From: Amphiscolops sp. MND2022
Lineage: Eukaryota
DNA length: 64,000 nucleotides
Direction: 5' to 3'
Assembly (NCBI GenBank): GCA_964187785.1
Contig: OZ076409.1
Coordinates: forward strand, 54,562,001-54,626,000
The notes beneath the pieces are model-generated. The model had not been told where the DNA came from and made no database searches. It was given only the letters and a program-made list of their open reading frames with translations. The translations under genes and the position numbers were made by a program. Shown here in pieces: positions 51,033 to 63,110 of this stretch (position 1 is its first letter; every line of letters begins with the position of its first letter).

Positions 51033-53528
51033 TTAAGCCATCATCTTCTCACGTTTGTACGGTCCAGTGGCATCCGGCTGAGCCGCTCCGCGTTTGACTG
51101 ACCACAATCCTGCATTCTCGCTCCTCTTGTGTCGGAGAGACCGCAACCCTCGCTCCTTGAACTTTCCCAGTTCTGATTGTTGGTTCCTGTCGAACCAGTC
51201 GTCAATGTACTCCGAGCTGGAAGGAGTCGGCGAATCTCCCCTTCTGCTTCCAACTTCTTCGACGTCAGTCTCGCAATTGGGAGTCGGGTTCTGCTGAGCG
51301 ACTAGATACACTGTAATAGCTACGTGACTCCCTTTGAAGACGTCTTTAATTAGGCTTCGTATTTCACTCCAATTCAGTTTATCCAACCCACAGCCTATCC
51401 TCGGCAGGCCTATTCTGTGGACCCCAGACCACTCCGCGTGGGTTCTCATCTGTTGCAGCGACGTTTTCACGGATTCATAGGTCTGTTTCTCGAAGTATCG
51501 TTGTTTGGTGACCAAGTGATACACGTAACGACGTTCTCCTTCAATCCACTGCGCAAAAACTGGCTGTCTCTTGTGGTCGACGTCTTCCGGATAAGTAGTG
51601 GGATACCTCGTTTTGACTTGCTTGGCAACTCCGACCCCCATGTGGAAATCTGCCGAAACACAGTGAGCCAAACAACCTTTGGACGAAAATAGGTCTCCCT
51701 CGATCTCTTTGTACTTCAGGTTTCCGCGTTCAACGTCGACGTCATCATCGCCAAAAAGTGTAGTCAGTCGAGGTTTCAGGGTAGTGACGATGGAGCATCT
51801 GCTGCGATCACACCTGTACTTAGACTCTGTTGTCGATACCATGCGGAAATCAGCATTTGCGTCCACTATCATTGCGTCCCAACTCCTTGGTGGCGGTTTC
51901 TCTCCGGAACCCCATCTTGAATTCCTGCTCTCGGGAGCGCTCAAGTGCTGAGTGGAGGATGCCGACCAAGGAGGTTCAGTCTCCGCGCTTTCACGGCTGT
52001 CACTGGTGCTCCGCGGGTAACAACTTCCTCCGTCTTCGCGCCATTGCGATGCAACAACTCTCATTTTCAGCGGTTCTGAGGACAGAGGAGGTATGGACAG
52101 TTCGTCTTTCCCAAAGTCAAAAATCATTCTATGCTTTTTCACGAAGTTCAAGCCTAGAATAACGGAGGGCTCGCAGTGGGGAACCACCACAAATTCTTCT
52201 TGCTCCTTCAAGGGTCCCAGCTGCAAATTTAGTCGGGTTAATCCATTAGTCGTCACTGGTTGACCGTCTACAGACCGCAACTCTCCACAAAACTCTTTGA
52301 CCTCATCAGGGGGTCTAAGCGATTCCATTGTACTTGAGTCCACCACGTTCACGCCAGCTCCCGTGTCCAACAAAATGTCCATCTCTCTTCCCTCGATTCG
52401 GGCTTTCACGAAAACCCCGCTGTTACAACCAGAACAGTCTACCACACGCACAGCGTTCAGCGCCTTTCTTTCAATTGCTAAGCCGGCCCTCTCAACAATT
52501 TGTGCAGCTTTCTCTCTTGTCAACTTCCCGTGCACCTCAGGAGCGTCTTCGACCATCACCTGCCGTTTGGGGCATTGCTGGGGAAAATGTCCAAATCCAT
52601 CGCAAACAGGGCAGATATCGGCTACAAAACCGCCATTTCCCTTGAATTTTCGTTCTGTCGCCACAGGGGTGGCCTCACGTTTGGGTGGGTCTGTCATCCC
52701 AGCCTGCTTCTCAGGCCTCACAGTTGTTGACAGAGTTTCCATGAACGTCATCGTCATCTGTGTCATCTGGTCCATTCTTCTTGTGAGCTGGTGTATCCCC
52801 TCTTTCCACGGTTCGGGTGAATAACCACGGAACTCACAACTTGAGTCTTGCTGCCTTCCAAACTCTTCGTACCTCTCTTGTTCGTTCCGTGAACGGCCAC
52901 TTGTTGTTCGAGCAATAACTTCCAAGTCAACAGCCCTGTTCACTAGATTCCCAAATGTTTGTGGGTTTTCATTCAACAACTGAACTTCCAGTTGTACATC
53001 GCTCAAACCCTCGAGGAACTTCGCGCGGAACAACTCGTCTCTCGTGTTGGGGTCCTTCTCTGAGTAGTCAATTTTTCCAATGTTTCTCACTCGTCGGGCA
53101 AACTCCCTCAGGGTTTCCTCTGGTTGCTGTCGAAGTTTTCTAAATTCTGCTTTCCCCAGACGGTCATTTCGCATCATCCCCATTTCTCTACCCAGGTAAT
53201 TGAATAGTGCAGCTAACGTAGGTGCATCTTCCCCATCCACTTGCTCTCTCAGTTCTCGAGGCGCAGCGTTGTACTCGTCCAATGCGTACCCAATCAAGCA
53301 CACAGGCACAGCTTGCAGACCTTGCAACTCAGTCCATCCGTTGGCTCTGCCAACTCTGTAAAAGTGCGTTTTCCATTGGGACCAATCTGGATAGTTCTGC
53401 GAGGGGAAGCTGTCAGGTCTGATTGCTCCATTGCCAAACAGCCGATTCTCATTCCCGTTGAGGCCCTGTACCACCACTTGGGCGACAGCCTCCATTATTG
53501 CAAGTCGCTGTTCGTCTTCCATACCCAA
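51033..53528 (-). CDS. 831-aa Gag + zinc knuckle + aspartic protease + TARG1/OARD1-type macrodomain polyprotein
   Basis: LRQQPEETLREF (retrotransposon gag), CPVCDGFGHFPQQC, LLDTGAG..ILGLNF, then GDLF..LAHCVSADFHMGVGVA..YHLVTK..PRIGCGLDKLNW..VF..ITVY (51300-51720). Confidence 0.92.
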   Translation of the reverse strand: MGMEDEQRLAIMEAVAQVVVQGLNGNENRLFGNGAIRPDSFPSQNYPDWSQWKTHFYRVGRANGWTELQGLQAVPVCLIGYALDEYNAAPRELREQVDGEDAPTLAALFNYLGREMGMMRNDRLGKAEFRKLRQQPEETLREFARRVRNIGKIDYSEKDPNTRDELFRAKFLEGLSDVQLEVQLLNENPQTFGNLVNRAVDLEVIARTTSGRSRNEQERYEEFGRQQDSSCEFRGYSPEPWKEGIHQLTRRMDQMTQMTMTFMETLSTTVRPEKQAGMTDPPKREATPVATERKFKGNGGFVADICPVCDGFGHFPQQCPKRQVMVEDAPEVHGKLTREKAAQIVERAGLAIERKALNAVRVVDCSGCNSGVFVKARIEGREMDILLDTGAGVNVVDSSTMESLRPPDEVKEFCGELRSVDGQPVTTNGLTRLNLQLGPLKEQEEFVVVPHCEPSVILGLNFVKKHRMIFDFGKDELSIPPLSSEPLKMRVVASQWREDGGSCYPRSTSDSRESAETEPPWSASSTQHLSAPESRNSRWGSGEKPPPRSWDAMIVDANADFRMVSTTESKYRCDRSRCSIVTTLKPRLTTLFGDDDVDVERGNLKYKEIEGDLFSSKGCLAHCVSADFHMGVGVAKQVKTRYPTTYPEDVDHKRQPVFAQWIEGERRYVYHLVTKQRYFEKQTYESVKTSLQQMRTHAEWSGVHRIGLPRIGCGLDKLNWSEIRSLIKDVFKGSHVAITVYLVAQQNPTPNCETDVEEVGSRRGDSPTPSSSEYIDDWFDRNQQSELGKFKERGLRSLRHKRSENAGLWSVKRGAAQPDATGPYKREKMMA

Positions 53529-55995
53529 AGCGTTACTTCAGGCACCAACTAGTTGCAATAGAAAAACGTCTCTGTTCTGTTGTACAAGAACGTTCTCAGT
53601 CGATCAACCTCATCGGATAATGTGCTTGTTTTGATCGCGTCGTGAAGGGATTACAGCTAAGTCCCAGTAAAACAATTCCAAAATAACAGCGATACAGAAC
53701 TACGAAAATTGCCCACCCAGGAGCGCCACTGTAGAAATTTTTGCTAGAGGGTTGGAGAGAGATCCCAATGGCTCGATTCTAACAGAAAGGTTTAGTTTTT
53801 AGTGAGTAAGTTTCGTCCACGTATCGCGTATTCTTTTCACAAAGTCTCTCCGGTGCTCAAGTTTCGACTCCAAAACACTATGGAAAAGTTACTTGCAATT
53901 AATACTCTAATTTAGGAATTATCTGGGTATAACAAGTCGAAGGTTTCCACAGTATATAAACTCTCAATCAAATAACAATAGCACAGCAGGTGAATGAATT
54001 ATATACAATAACTCGACAAGACTGTGCCAGAATCCCGATTCACTCAAAGATTTCCAAGTCCCGGACTTGTAACTTGTTCGCTGCTCTCACAAAGCAGTTA
54101 AGTCAAATTCGATCTCGAGTAGGTTTCTTGCCCGCACGCGGCTCAACTTACTCTTAACTTCGTAATCGTTCTTCTGTCTCACTTCGTCTCTTTTTCCCTC
54201 CCTAAGATATTTATTCATCAGCCGCATTTTTGTTGTACCGATGTCGCTCTTTTATTTGCATGCTTTTGACTTCATGTAGTTCCATTCCTTTTATGGCATG
54301 GTAGCGCCCTAGTCATATTTCGGCCAGACATACTTCGCCGCCAACGTCAAGTAATTCACATCTTGTCCGAAGTCCACATTTCAATAATAATTCAAGTCAC
54401 CCGAGATATCTTTAACATCGAAGAAATCGCTCAATGACCTTCAACTACATGGTTTACATGCTTTCTACGTGTAAGGTGTACTTTTCTGTCATTCTGAGTG
54501 CAATACATCGCGAATCGTTCCGCCTGACTGAAATGCATAAATTATCGCTTAAAGACACTGATTTACATGTTTTATTGTACGTTTTCCTATAGGTTCCGGG
54601 GTTACATCTAAAATGACCTTGAGGTCCATCTGTGACCTTGAAGTTATTTGTCATCATCTAATGTCACTACATGCCAAGTTATATCGTCCTAGGGTCAATG
54701 GTTCCCGAGTTACATGATATGCGTATCGTTTGTTTACTTAAGGCGGTTACCCCCGCATGGGTTACAAATACGGTTTCATTCACATTAAAAATCGACTACA
54801 TTCATTATTCCGGTTCGTTTGAGATATTACAAGCCAAGGTCAACGTCTTTTATCGGCCGGTCCCGCGTGCCTTAAACAAACATTACTCCGCTCGCGGTGG
54901 ACCGATCAATGTATCTTTCATGTATTTTACTTAGGGTTACTAGCTGAACATCTTTGGTAAGTTTCGTGATCTTCGGGCCATCCGGTGGCTATTTACATAA
55001 CATTTGAGGTTTATTTACATAGGGTCCGTGCTCCTCCTACGCGCGTCGTAGGTTTCCGAAAATGTGCGCAAACGGCTTAATATCCTATGGGCTATCAATT
55101 CCATATACAATACGACTTACTCCGTGCTTGGTCGACGAGTTCGTAGGGGGGTCGACCTAGGTCACTTCCGGTGCTAATAGCCCGGGGCTGGGGGGTCTCG
55201 GCTCGGTTCTGTTTTTATAGGCGCGTGGCATAACAGCTCAGGTATACGTGTGCCAAATTTCAGGTCTCTACGATAAATAGTCTTTGAGAAAATCCCGACT
55301 GGGGCGGTTCGCCGGTTTCGTCACACTTGGTTTTCCCGGGTGGTATCTTAGAATATTTTCGCTTGGAAGTGGGACTTAGTAAAATTCGCTCCAAGTGGTC
55401 GATTCTAACTTAGCTGATTCGAACAATTTCGTTGTTGACGTCGATTCTATCTTACTCAAACAATCAAATTTACTCTTTCTATTATTCGTATACCAAAACC
55501 ATTAACGAAATACGTCTACTTCGCCTTTTCAGCTGTTTTCACCATTCCGACGGTTTTTAAAACGTGATTAACATAGTTCTGCCTATCGTATGTAGTTCGC
55601 GCAAAAATGATGGGATTTTTCTAAAACGCCAAAATCTAAAAATTCTACATGGTGAAATCTTTGGAAAAAATTTCTGACCACACGAAATTTGCTGCTTTTG
55701 CGACATTTCCTGTGGTATTTAACCTTTGTTCCAATGTCCAGTGTTCCGCTTCAAGTTTGGGTACCAATGTTTTTAAAAGTAAGCCCATCAAGATTCGAGA
55801 TTCTACACCATCAAAGACACAAGTAATTTCTATCGATAACCTAATAAAGAAACTTGTGGCATAGAGAAAAACGGATGGTCAAGTGAACAAACGGTTAAAT
55901 TTTTTGATGGATCACACTTTTGAACAGTTAATAGATTTTTGACCAGGTAATTCAAGTTTCGTGGTGTCTTTTGTGTAGATTGTTGACCATGTAAT

Positions 55996-56218
55996 TCAAG
56001 TTTCGTGGTCCAACTGCAAGGGAATGTAGTTGTCAAATCTGTAGACTTCATCTTCTGTCATAGGAAAAGAGTGTCCACAGCCACCTCCTCCTGCCAGGTA
56101 TGAATACTTGTTGTTGAATGTTCGTGCATGAACTTGGCCTAGCCAGCCCACATAGCTAAACTTCATTCCTGTCCATAGGTAGTAGCAGTAACAAATTTCG
56201 CCCTTACCGCCTGGTACC
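55996..56218 (-). other. Candidate terminal exon of a GON-domain-like gene
   Basis: Pyrimidine tract + ag, then open VPGGKGEIC...GWLG...GGGGCGHSFP...IPLQLDHET*, loosely resembling the GON C-terminus. Confidence 0.3.
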
Positions 56219-56480
56219 TTGAAAAGAAGGTATAGAAGGTGTTCCATTTTCTTTCCGAACTGCGGCTTATCGATCCGCAAATTGATAAAACCAAACAGTA
56301 AATACTAAACAGCTTTCAAAACAAATCTGGACAGATAGTGGCGTGAAAAGCAAATTTGATACAGTAACTACTTTTGAACGGAGCGACTGAAAAGTTCTGA
56401 GAGGTTAATTTTTCCATAAGTCCTAGACCGAAACGTCGCTTTTTCTGAGAGATTATTTTTTCCATAATTCTTAGACCGAA

Positions 56481-57349
56481 CCCGAGTTGACAACCCAGGG
56501 AAATCCATCGGTGGCCACCGATCTTCCACCACAGTTCCATCGGTGGCCGCAACAGTTTTTGCGGTGGCCAACGGTGGGTAATGGTGGCCACCGATGGGCT
56601 ATAGGTGGGGATCGGTGGGCCACCGATGGACCATCAGAGGGCCGTCGATGAAAGGTCCCCAAAGGTTGGTTACCCTAGTTGAAACTGCGGAAAAATTTTA
56701 CAAGCACAGGCATACATGCACTGATCATCTTCGATAACTTTTGGAAAGTCGTAACGAGCAAGATCATTAGTAAAGTCCTATGAGATCTAAAATGACTGGA
56801 AAAACACCAGAAAAAGATCTGAAATCACTGAAAAAACATCGGAATAAGATCTAAAATTACCGAAAAACCAGTGGTATAAGCCTGAAATTACAGCAAAAAA
56901 CCACTGGAATAAGATCTAAAATCACGCAAAAAACACCGGAATAAGATCTAAAATGACTGGAAAAACACCAGAAAAAGATCTAAAATCACCCAAAAAATCA
57001 CTAGAGTAAGATCTAAACTCACTGGATAACCACGATTTGTCGGACACGATTTGAAACTGCAAACAGGGTTTACAGATACTTCAGAACCGGTTCTTATAAT
57101 TTTCCCATTTCGTTAGGCTTTGATGCATTAAGGTTGCGAATATCGTCTCAAAGTATTTCGTGTACCAACATTCAGTTGCTAGAAATGTTGAACGAAATTT
57201 TCACTTTCGAAATTTTCGAATTTTTCACCGATGGTCCATCGGTGGACCACCGGTGGGAAAGCCTCCACGTAAGCTAATTTTCCCCCACCGATGGCCATTG
57301 GTGGTCCACCGATGGCCACCGATGGATTTCCATGGGTTGTCAGTACGGG
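56481..57349. mobile_element. CMC/EnSpm-like MITE (CCC...GGG ends, 2-bp TSD)
   Basis: TIR cccg..tgacaaccca.ggaaatccatcggtggcc; subterminal ccaccgatgg repeats; AA TSD; internal ~32-bp tandem repeat 56783-57020. Confidence 0.75.
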
Positions 57350-58599
57350 AAACGTCGCTTATTACTAGCTAGTTAAGTCCAGCTAATTTCACCTCGATTT
57401 CGAAAACGTTATTTTCGTATAAATGCTCTTCCAGAAGTTTCTCCATGCAAAATGTGAACCTTTCAAGTGTATTCCACACTTGAGTCGGTAGATTGGTGTG
57501 GCACCGCATTTAAGCTGAAAATAAGGCGATACATATTTACATGCAATCAACTTGCATCCCTTTCGATGTTTTGAAATCAAGTCTCCGAAAAGAAATGGAA
57601 CTGTGTTTCCTAATCAGGATTAGAGCAGGGGAAATGATCTGGAAAATTGTAATCCCAGCAAAATTGCGTTTGAGTCATGGCTACAATTTGTTAGATTTGA
57701 ATAAGTAATGCAGCTGTCGTTATAACTAAAAGCATTACAGCGTTTTTAGGTTTTTAGAGGAGTGTAGCCAGAAGTTTTGAGGAAGAAACAACCACTTTTT
57801 TGTCCCAAATCCATGGCGCTTTCTCGACTTTCCTCATTTCACTTTCACATCTACTTGTTTTGAGTATATTTCGCTCGCTATACGGGGAATTTTAAACAGC
57901 AAGGTTCCGTAATCATTTTACATATACATCATTTTCTGCAGTTTAGTTATAACTGACCTCCACCCTTCTAGTGCCCTATTGTGTAGGAAGTAAGTTGACC
58001 CCCTGTTACTACTGCTACTAAAGATACTATCCGGTGGGGAATTGAAATCGTGTTTGTCGAAGATCTATTTCATGTCTTCCGTTGTTGGAAGTTTGACTAG
58101 CTCGGCAATCCCCGCCACCTCCAAGAGCTGAAACATATTTGACATCACTTCATTCGTCTATAGACATAAGAACCAATTTTCAAAACCTTAAATAGTTGCG
58201 ATAGTACTAAGCCATTGGAAATTCGAGCCAAGCAACCTCTACTGTGTTGTAAAAAAATACACTTTCATTTTAACAAAAAATCCAATTTCATTAAAATATA
58301 CGCTGTCAATCAACAAAAAAACACGTCTTTTCGAAGGACGGAAAATATGCATTCAAGTGGAAACAAACACAGGTGTTACAAAATTAACCCCCACACACCA
58401 TCTGTCTGAATTTTCATGTCAATTATTTCTGTAGATCACTAATCGTTCGAATATTTTTGGATCAGACGAAAAAGATGAAGAATATTTAAAAGTTTTTGGT
58501 TGTGGTTACGGATCTGAAAGATTCAGCTTTGCGTTTTTTGGGTTTTTTGATTTTTTATGCAGTTTGTTGTTAATGGCGCATATTGAGTAGTATTGAGTT

Positions 58600-61500
58600 C
58601 AAGTTTCTCTTTTACCTATTCACCATGTGTTTCATCGACGTTAAGAAAAGTGTAGCCAGTTTCACTCGTCTGAGATTGAAAAATGTTCAGTACAAATGTT
58701 CAGTATTCTAAAAATCTTTCGACAAAATTATGATTGTCTGAAAAGACCTGAAAACGACACTTTACAAGAAATCTTCGAATTATTTGTTTTATTCAAATTA
58801 AATTGAGAAAAAATTAGAAAGACACCAGCAAGCTCACGAACTGAAAGCAAGATACAACATACTGGATCGAGTATTGAAGTTTACTAGATATAGTGCAATT
58901 AATGTGTCTTCGCAGAACCACAAGAAACAGAACTCATGCGGAATTGATCAAGGCAATGAAATTTCTCCAGACCAATGCAAAGGTTCAAGTACATAAAACG
59001 TTGCAGATCATCATAATCATTCTCGTTGCGAATGGCGAAAATCTAATTCAAAATGAGATAATACAATATTTTCAAGAACTTTGGGTTGTTAAAAACCGTA
59101 TTGAAACTTCATGATGCATATCCTTTCCTGTGCTGAAACGTATCCCGATATGCAGAGAGTTGCGACATCAATAAAACTCATCCGCTCTAATATTGGTATC
59201 TTTGAAAAGAATGTTCGATTACTTCACTTCTCCAAACGACAACATCATCAGTGGAAAAGTTATTTACTGAACAGTTTATATTCCATACCTTCTGTTCACA
59301 AGAAAAATACAGACCGCATTTTTGAATTGTTTGCAAACTGTTACGTAATGCGAAAGCCTTGTGTGTTGAAACAGTTATCTATTGACGATGTTATCATTTG
59401 AGACCTACGAAAAACTCAACAGAAAGAACCTCATTCTATTGATACGATTCTATATCACCAAAAAGAAAAACATGCCTCCTTAAAACTGTTTTCGACCCAA
59501 TTATTAACACGTATGTGCGACACCAACCTACTGCTGGTGTCAAAAACATTTGATTTTTTCAACGCAGAAAACAACTTTCAATGGACGTTCACGAGAACAA
59601 TTTCAACCGAAACAGTTAGTACAGTCGCAAAATCGGGCAATAAAAAATCGAACAGATAATCTAGTGATTGAATATAACATCATCAAGAGAAAATCGAATA
59701 CTTCCCAGCCACAAGACGTCAAATTTCACTCTTCTCCTGGCTCAACAAGCAAACAAAAACGTGAACGTGTCGAGAAATACGAAATTCAAAAACCTCTTAA
59801 GTCCTTCTTTCTAACAATATGGTACCATTACCACTTTAATGAACCGCGTCCAAGAAGTCTATAAATTTTTCAAAGAAGTTCGAACCTTGGTAGGGGGAGT
59901 GCAAGGAAGAATTCATGCCTGGAAAGGTGTTTTTGATTGAAGTTCCTCCACTACGCCGTTCCGGAAGATACCATAACATGAACACCAGAATTTACCAGTG
60001 GGACAGTCTACTACATGATAACTACAAATATGATGAAACTATTTTTATTGTCAACCTCAATCAGCAAATAAACTTCTTCAACAACACCGAAACACTTAGT
60101 TTGACGATATACACTTCAAGCATCAACTTGGTCTCCCGCTAATCAAACGCAAGTTATTGAAGTACATAACCTGGTACTCCAACAATCTACCGCGGGAAAT
60201 GGACTATCATCATAACGTTCGGTATAAAATAACTGACCAGAACGTTGAACGTTTACCATTATCAGTCTACTCGCAATTTCAGAGAAGGCTATCATTACCA
60301 ACGATGAAGACTTATCACTACATGACTAACTTGTCATGACTGGATGGTTTCTCTGTTCCGAGGACATTTGTGTAAAAAAGGAAGTGCTTGTACTTTTGAA
60401 ATTTTTTTTGCGATTTATTGGATTTTATTGACCTCAAAAAGTGCCTGTGCTATCAATGAACTCACTTTATTCTTTCGAACAAAATTAAACCTCCTGCGTA
60501 TTAAAAGCAATAAACTCAAAGGTACGTGTCTAGGAAAACTAGAACTCCGTGAATGCGAGAACGTCAAATCGAATCCCTGACCTTTGGTCTATTTGAACTC
60601 CATCACATACATGTTTAAAAACAATAACAAAAGAAAACAGTTTTCCCATTTCATTACACAAAGCGTACTGAAAAAGAGACAACCACTCAAAGATATGATC
60701 CAACACTTTGCTCCAAATAGCATCATCGGAGTACCTAAAACTTTGCTCGAAAACCAGGACAACAAAAACTTTGGAACGACAACGCGAATCTCTTCAATTT
60801 ATTCAGGATTGATCGACATGCTCCGGACAAAGACAAAGGTGGCGGTGTAATGCTCTTTGTTCTTATCACGTTGGCCTAAAATACGTAAAGACCAAGTCAT
60901 TTGAGCACCAAGTTTTTCGGTAGCTTTTGGATCGAATGTACTTTGACTATAAAGAATACAATGAATCAAACACAAGACGCCTGCTAAGCATCGGGATTTT
61001 TTCCTCCCATTGGACTTTCACCAACTGAGCCATAGCTGTTTTGGGAGGGGGAATAGGATCTAAAGAACACCTAATTTTAGATCTTGTTCCCTGTAGGTCT
61101 TATTCCCGCACTGAAATTTTAGATCTTATTCCCTTCAGATCTTATTCCTTTTTTTACTTTAGATATTATTCCCGCTGTATGCTTTTTTAGTTACTTGACT
61201 AATTTAGTAACTAGTAGCTATATAAAACAGTCAAGTATTCAAAAGGTGGAGGCTGTAGAGATTTGACGAAATTTGGAAAAATGCGCGTCACAGATCATGA
61301 TTTTCCTCCCTCATTTATAAAATGTGGGGTCGGAAAATACCAACATATCACTTTTAGCTATCAAATACCAAAAAGTCATTGTTTTCCAGAACATTGTTTT
61401 CTAGAACAGCTAGATTCGCTGAAAATACACCGATCACTTTGATAACTACAACATTGATTAAATGAATACGCACGAAAAACAATATCTAGAAACAGTGGTT

Positions 61501-63110
61501 TTACCTTATAGTTTTAAAATTAACAATACTGAATAACCAACAAGAGTAGGTGAGGACTCAAAGTCACTGATTGATTACATAATAACTGTTCATTTTCAAG
61601 ATGAAAATTTTCGTTCTTATGTCTCTGACACAGCTCTCAGAAATGGAATTAAAAACATGTTGATAATTTCAATCAATTGCAAACCCACCAGGAAAGTTTT
61701 GAAAAAGCAGTATATGATAAAAGAACTTATGAAAAGGAAAAGTATCAAATTTTAGTACAATCAAGTGATTGGGGCAATTTTTACTCACAAGATTCCATTG
61801 TTTTCGGTGTTTGTAATTTTACCCGGGAATGCTTTTGAAAAATGAAAGTCTGAAACAAACGTTTTCAGCCGCAAAGATAAAAACAATCTCACAATTTATC
61901 GAAAATGGATACATGAAGAGACTAAAAGAATTTTCGACCAAAACAGAAGAGCATTCGGATCCCACTAAGCTCACCTATCAAGACTTACATTGGCAATCTT
62001 TACAGCGATCGAACATCTAGCGCAAGAGCGGCTTTTGATAGACTAAACACGGATAGAGAGAAATGAGAATACATACTTGAAGCGAGGAACTCAAATAGAT
62101 TGAAAACTAGAATCATCTCATTGAGAAACGTATTCGAGACATCGTTACTGACTAAAACTGCCAATTTCCTCAACTATAAATATTCGGTACCCAATACTTG
62201 AAGTAATACCAAATCTTTCATGTTTCAACCGATTTCCCTGCACAATGTAGGAGGCTGATTCAAAATCTCAATTCAAACAAACCACTTAGTCGCTCCAACA
62301 ATCCTGCCTGGGCACTAAAAGACAGTCTAAACATCATCGGTGAACCACTAACTTTCCTAATGAATGTTTCCTGCTTGATGGTAGATTTCCTTTTATCCGC
62401 TGAACATTATGGAATGTTGCATCGGGACGATTTATAATTTTAAAGATTTCTCTCTTGAAATAGCATGCTTAACAAGTCTCGACGCATTGGTCATCAGTCA
62501 CTTACACTATCCGGCGATATTACGAAACGGGATCTCCCAAAATTTATCTTCTCCTTCGAAAATCTATTAGGTTGGGAGTATTAAAGCTTGCTGCAACAGG
62601 AACAGACAAGATTCTTCCAGCGACCTGAAACTCATACACGAGGACCTGCAATCAAATTATTTCTTGACTGCAGAGCGGCCCCTCATTTATGGAACCATCA
62701 GAATCATTTTATTCCTGCATTCAATGGGTTCACAGTCAAAACTAAATTTCTCGAAAGAACAAACAATATTTTTTGACGCAAATGCCACAACCATTTTTTT
62801 ACGAAACTGTTTTCTGAAAAGAGCGGTTGTCCTGTGGAACATCATATCAGAATCCATATCGAAAAAAACCTCCGTTTTAATTGATTCTTTAGTATATTGT
62901 AGTCATAGTTTTAAATGATTGTTTTGTGCTTGTTATTTCTCTACTCTAATTTCTTTAGTTATTTTGTTTTATACCGAAGCAACTTTACACTACCATTTTT
63001 TATGAGTGAAAATGTTCGGTTATTTTTTTTAATCCGGAATTTTAGTGTTATTTTGTATTTTACAGGAAAGTCGATTTCTCATCAAAAATCTGAACAGGGA
63101 GTTATTTATT
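58600..63110 (+). pseudogene. Highly degenerate CR1-group LINE (esterase-like ORF1, APE, RT flanks)
   Basis: KVFLIEVPPLR..N..I....FDDIHF (SGNH-like, 59915-60120), KGGGVMLFV (60835), PTRV..SKSLIDYII (61535-61590), PAWALKD..IIGEPLTFL (62300). RT core missing; boundaries approximate. Confidence 0.6.

Larger units (their letters stand above)
47260..55649 (-). mobile_element. Non-autonomous Gypsy-like LTR element with ~1.9-kb LTRs, encoding Gag-protease-macrodomain
   Basis: LTRs 47260-49196 and 53730-55649 (TGTAGAA..TTCTACA, about 99% identical by eye); 5-bp TSD tggtg; 18-nt PBS tggcgctcctgggtgggc (tRNA-Asn-like, 53711-53728); PPT agaagggaagag (49197-49208). No RT/IN motifs seen. Confidence 0.95.

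Noticed and set aside
51300..51720. Host OARD1 gene or bacterial DarG contamination
   Set aside because: Intronless, in frame with gag-protease, between paired LTRs with a TSD; no DarT partner seen.
51041..53634. Alternative-frame and antisense ORFs over the polyprotein
   Set aside because: Shadow ORFs of a GC-richer coding region, with no motifs.
56783..57020. ~32-bp periodic aagatctaaaat repeat as CRISPR-like
   Set aside because: Whole units are homologous; a minisatellite inside a MITE.
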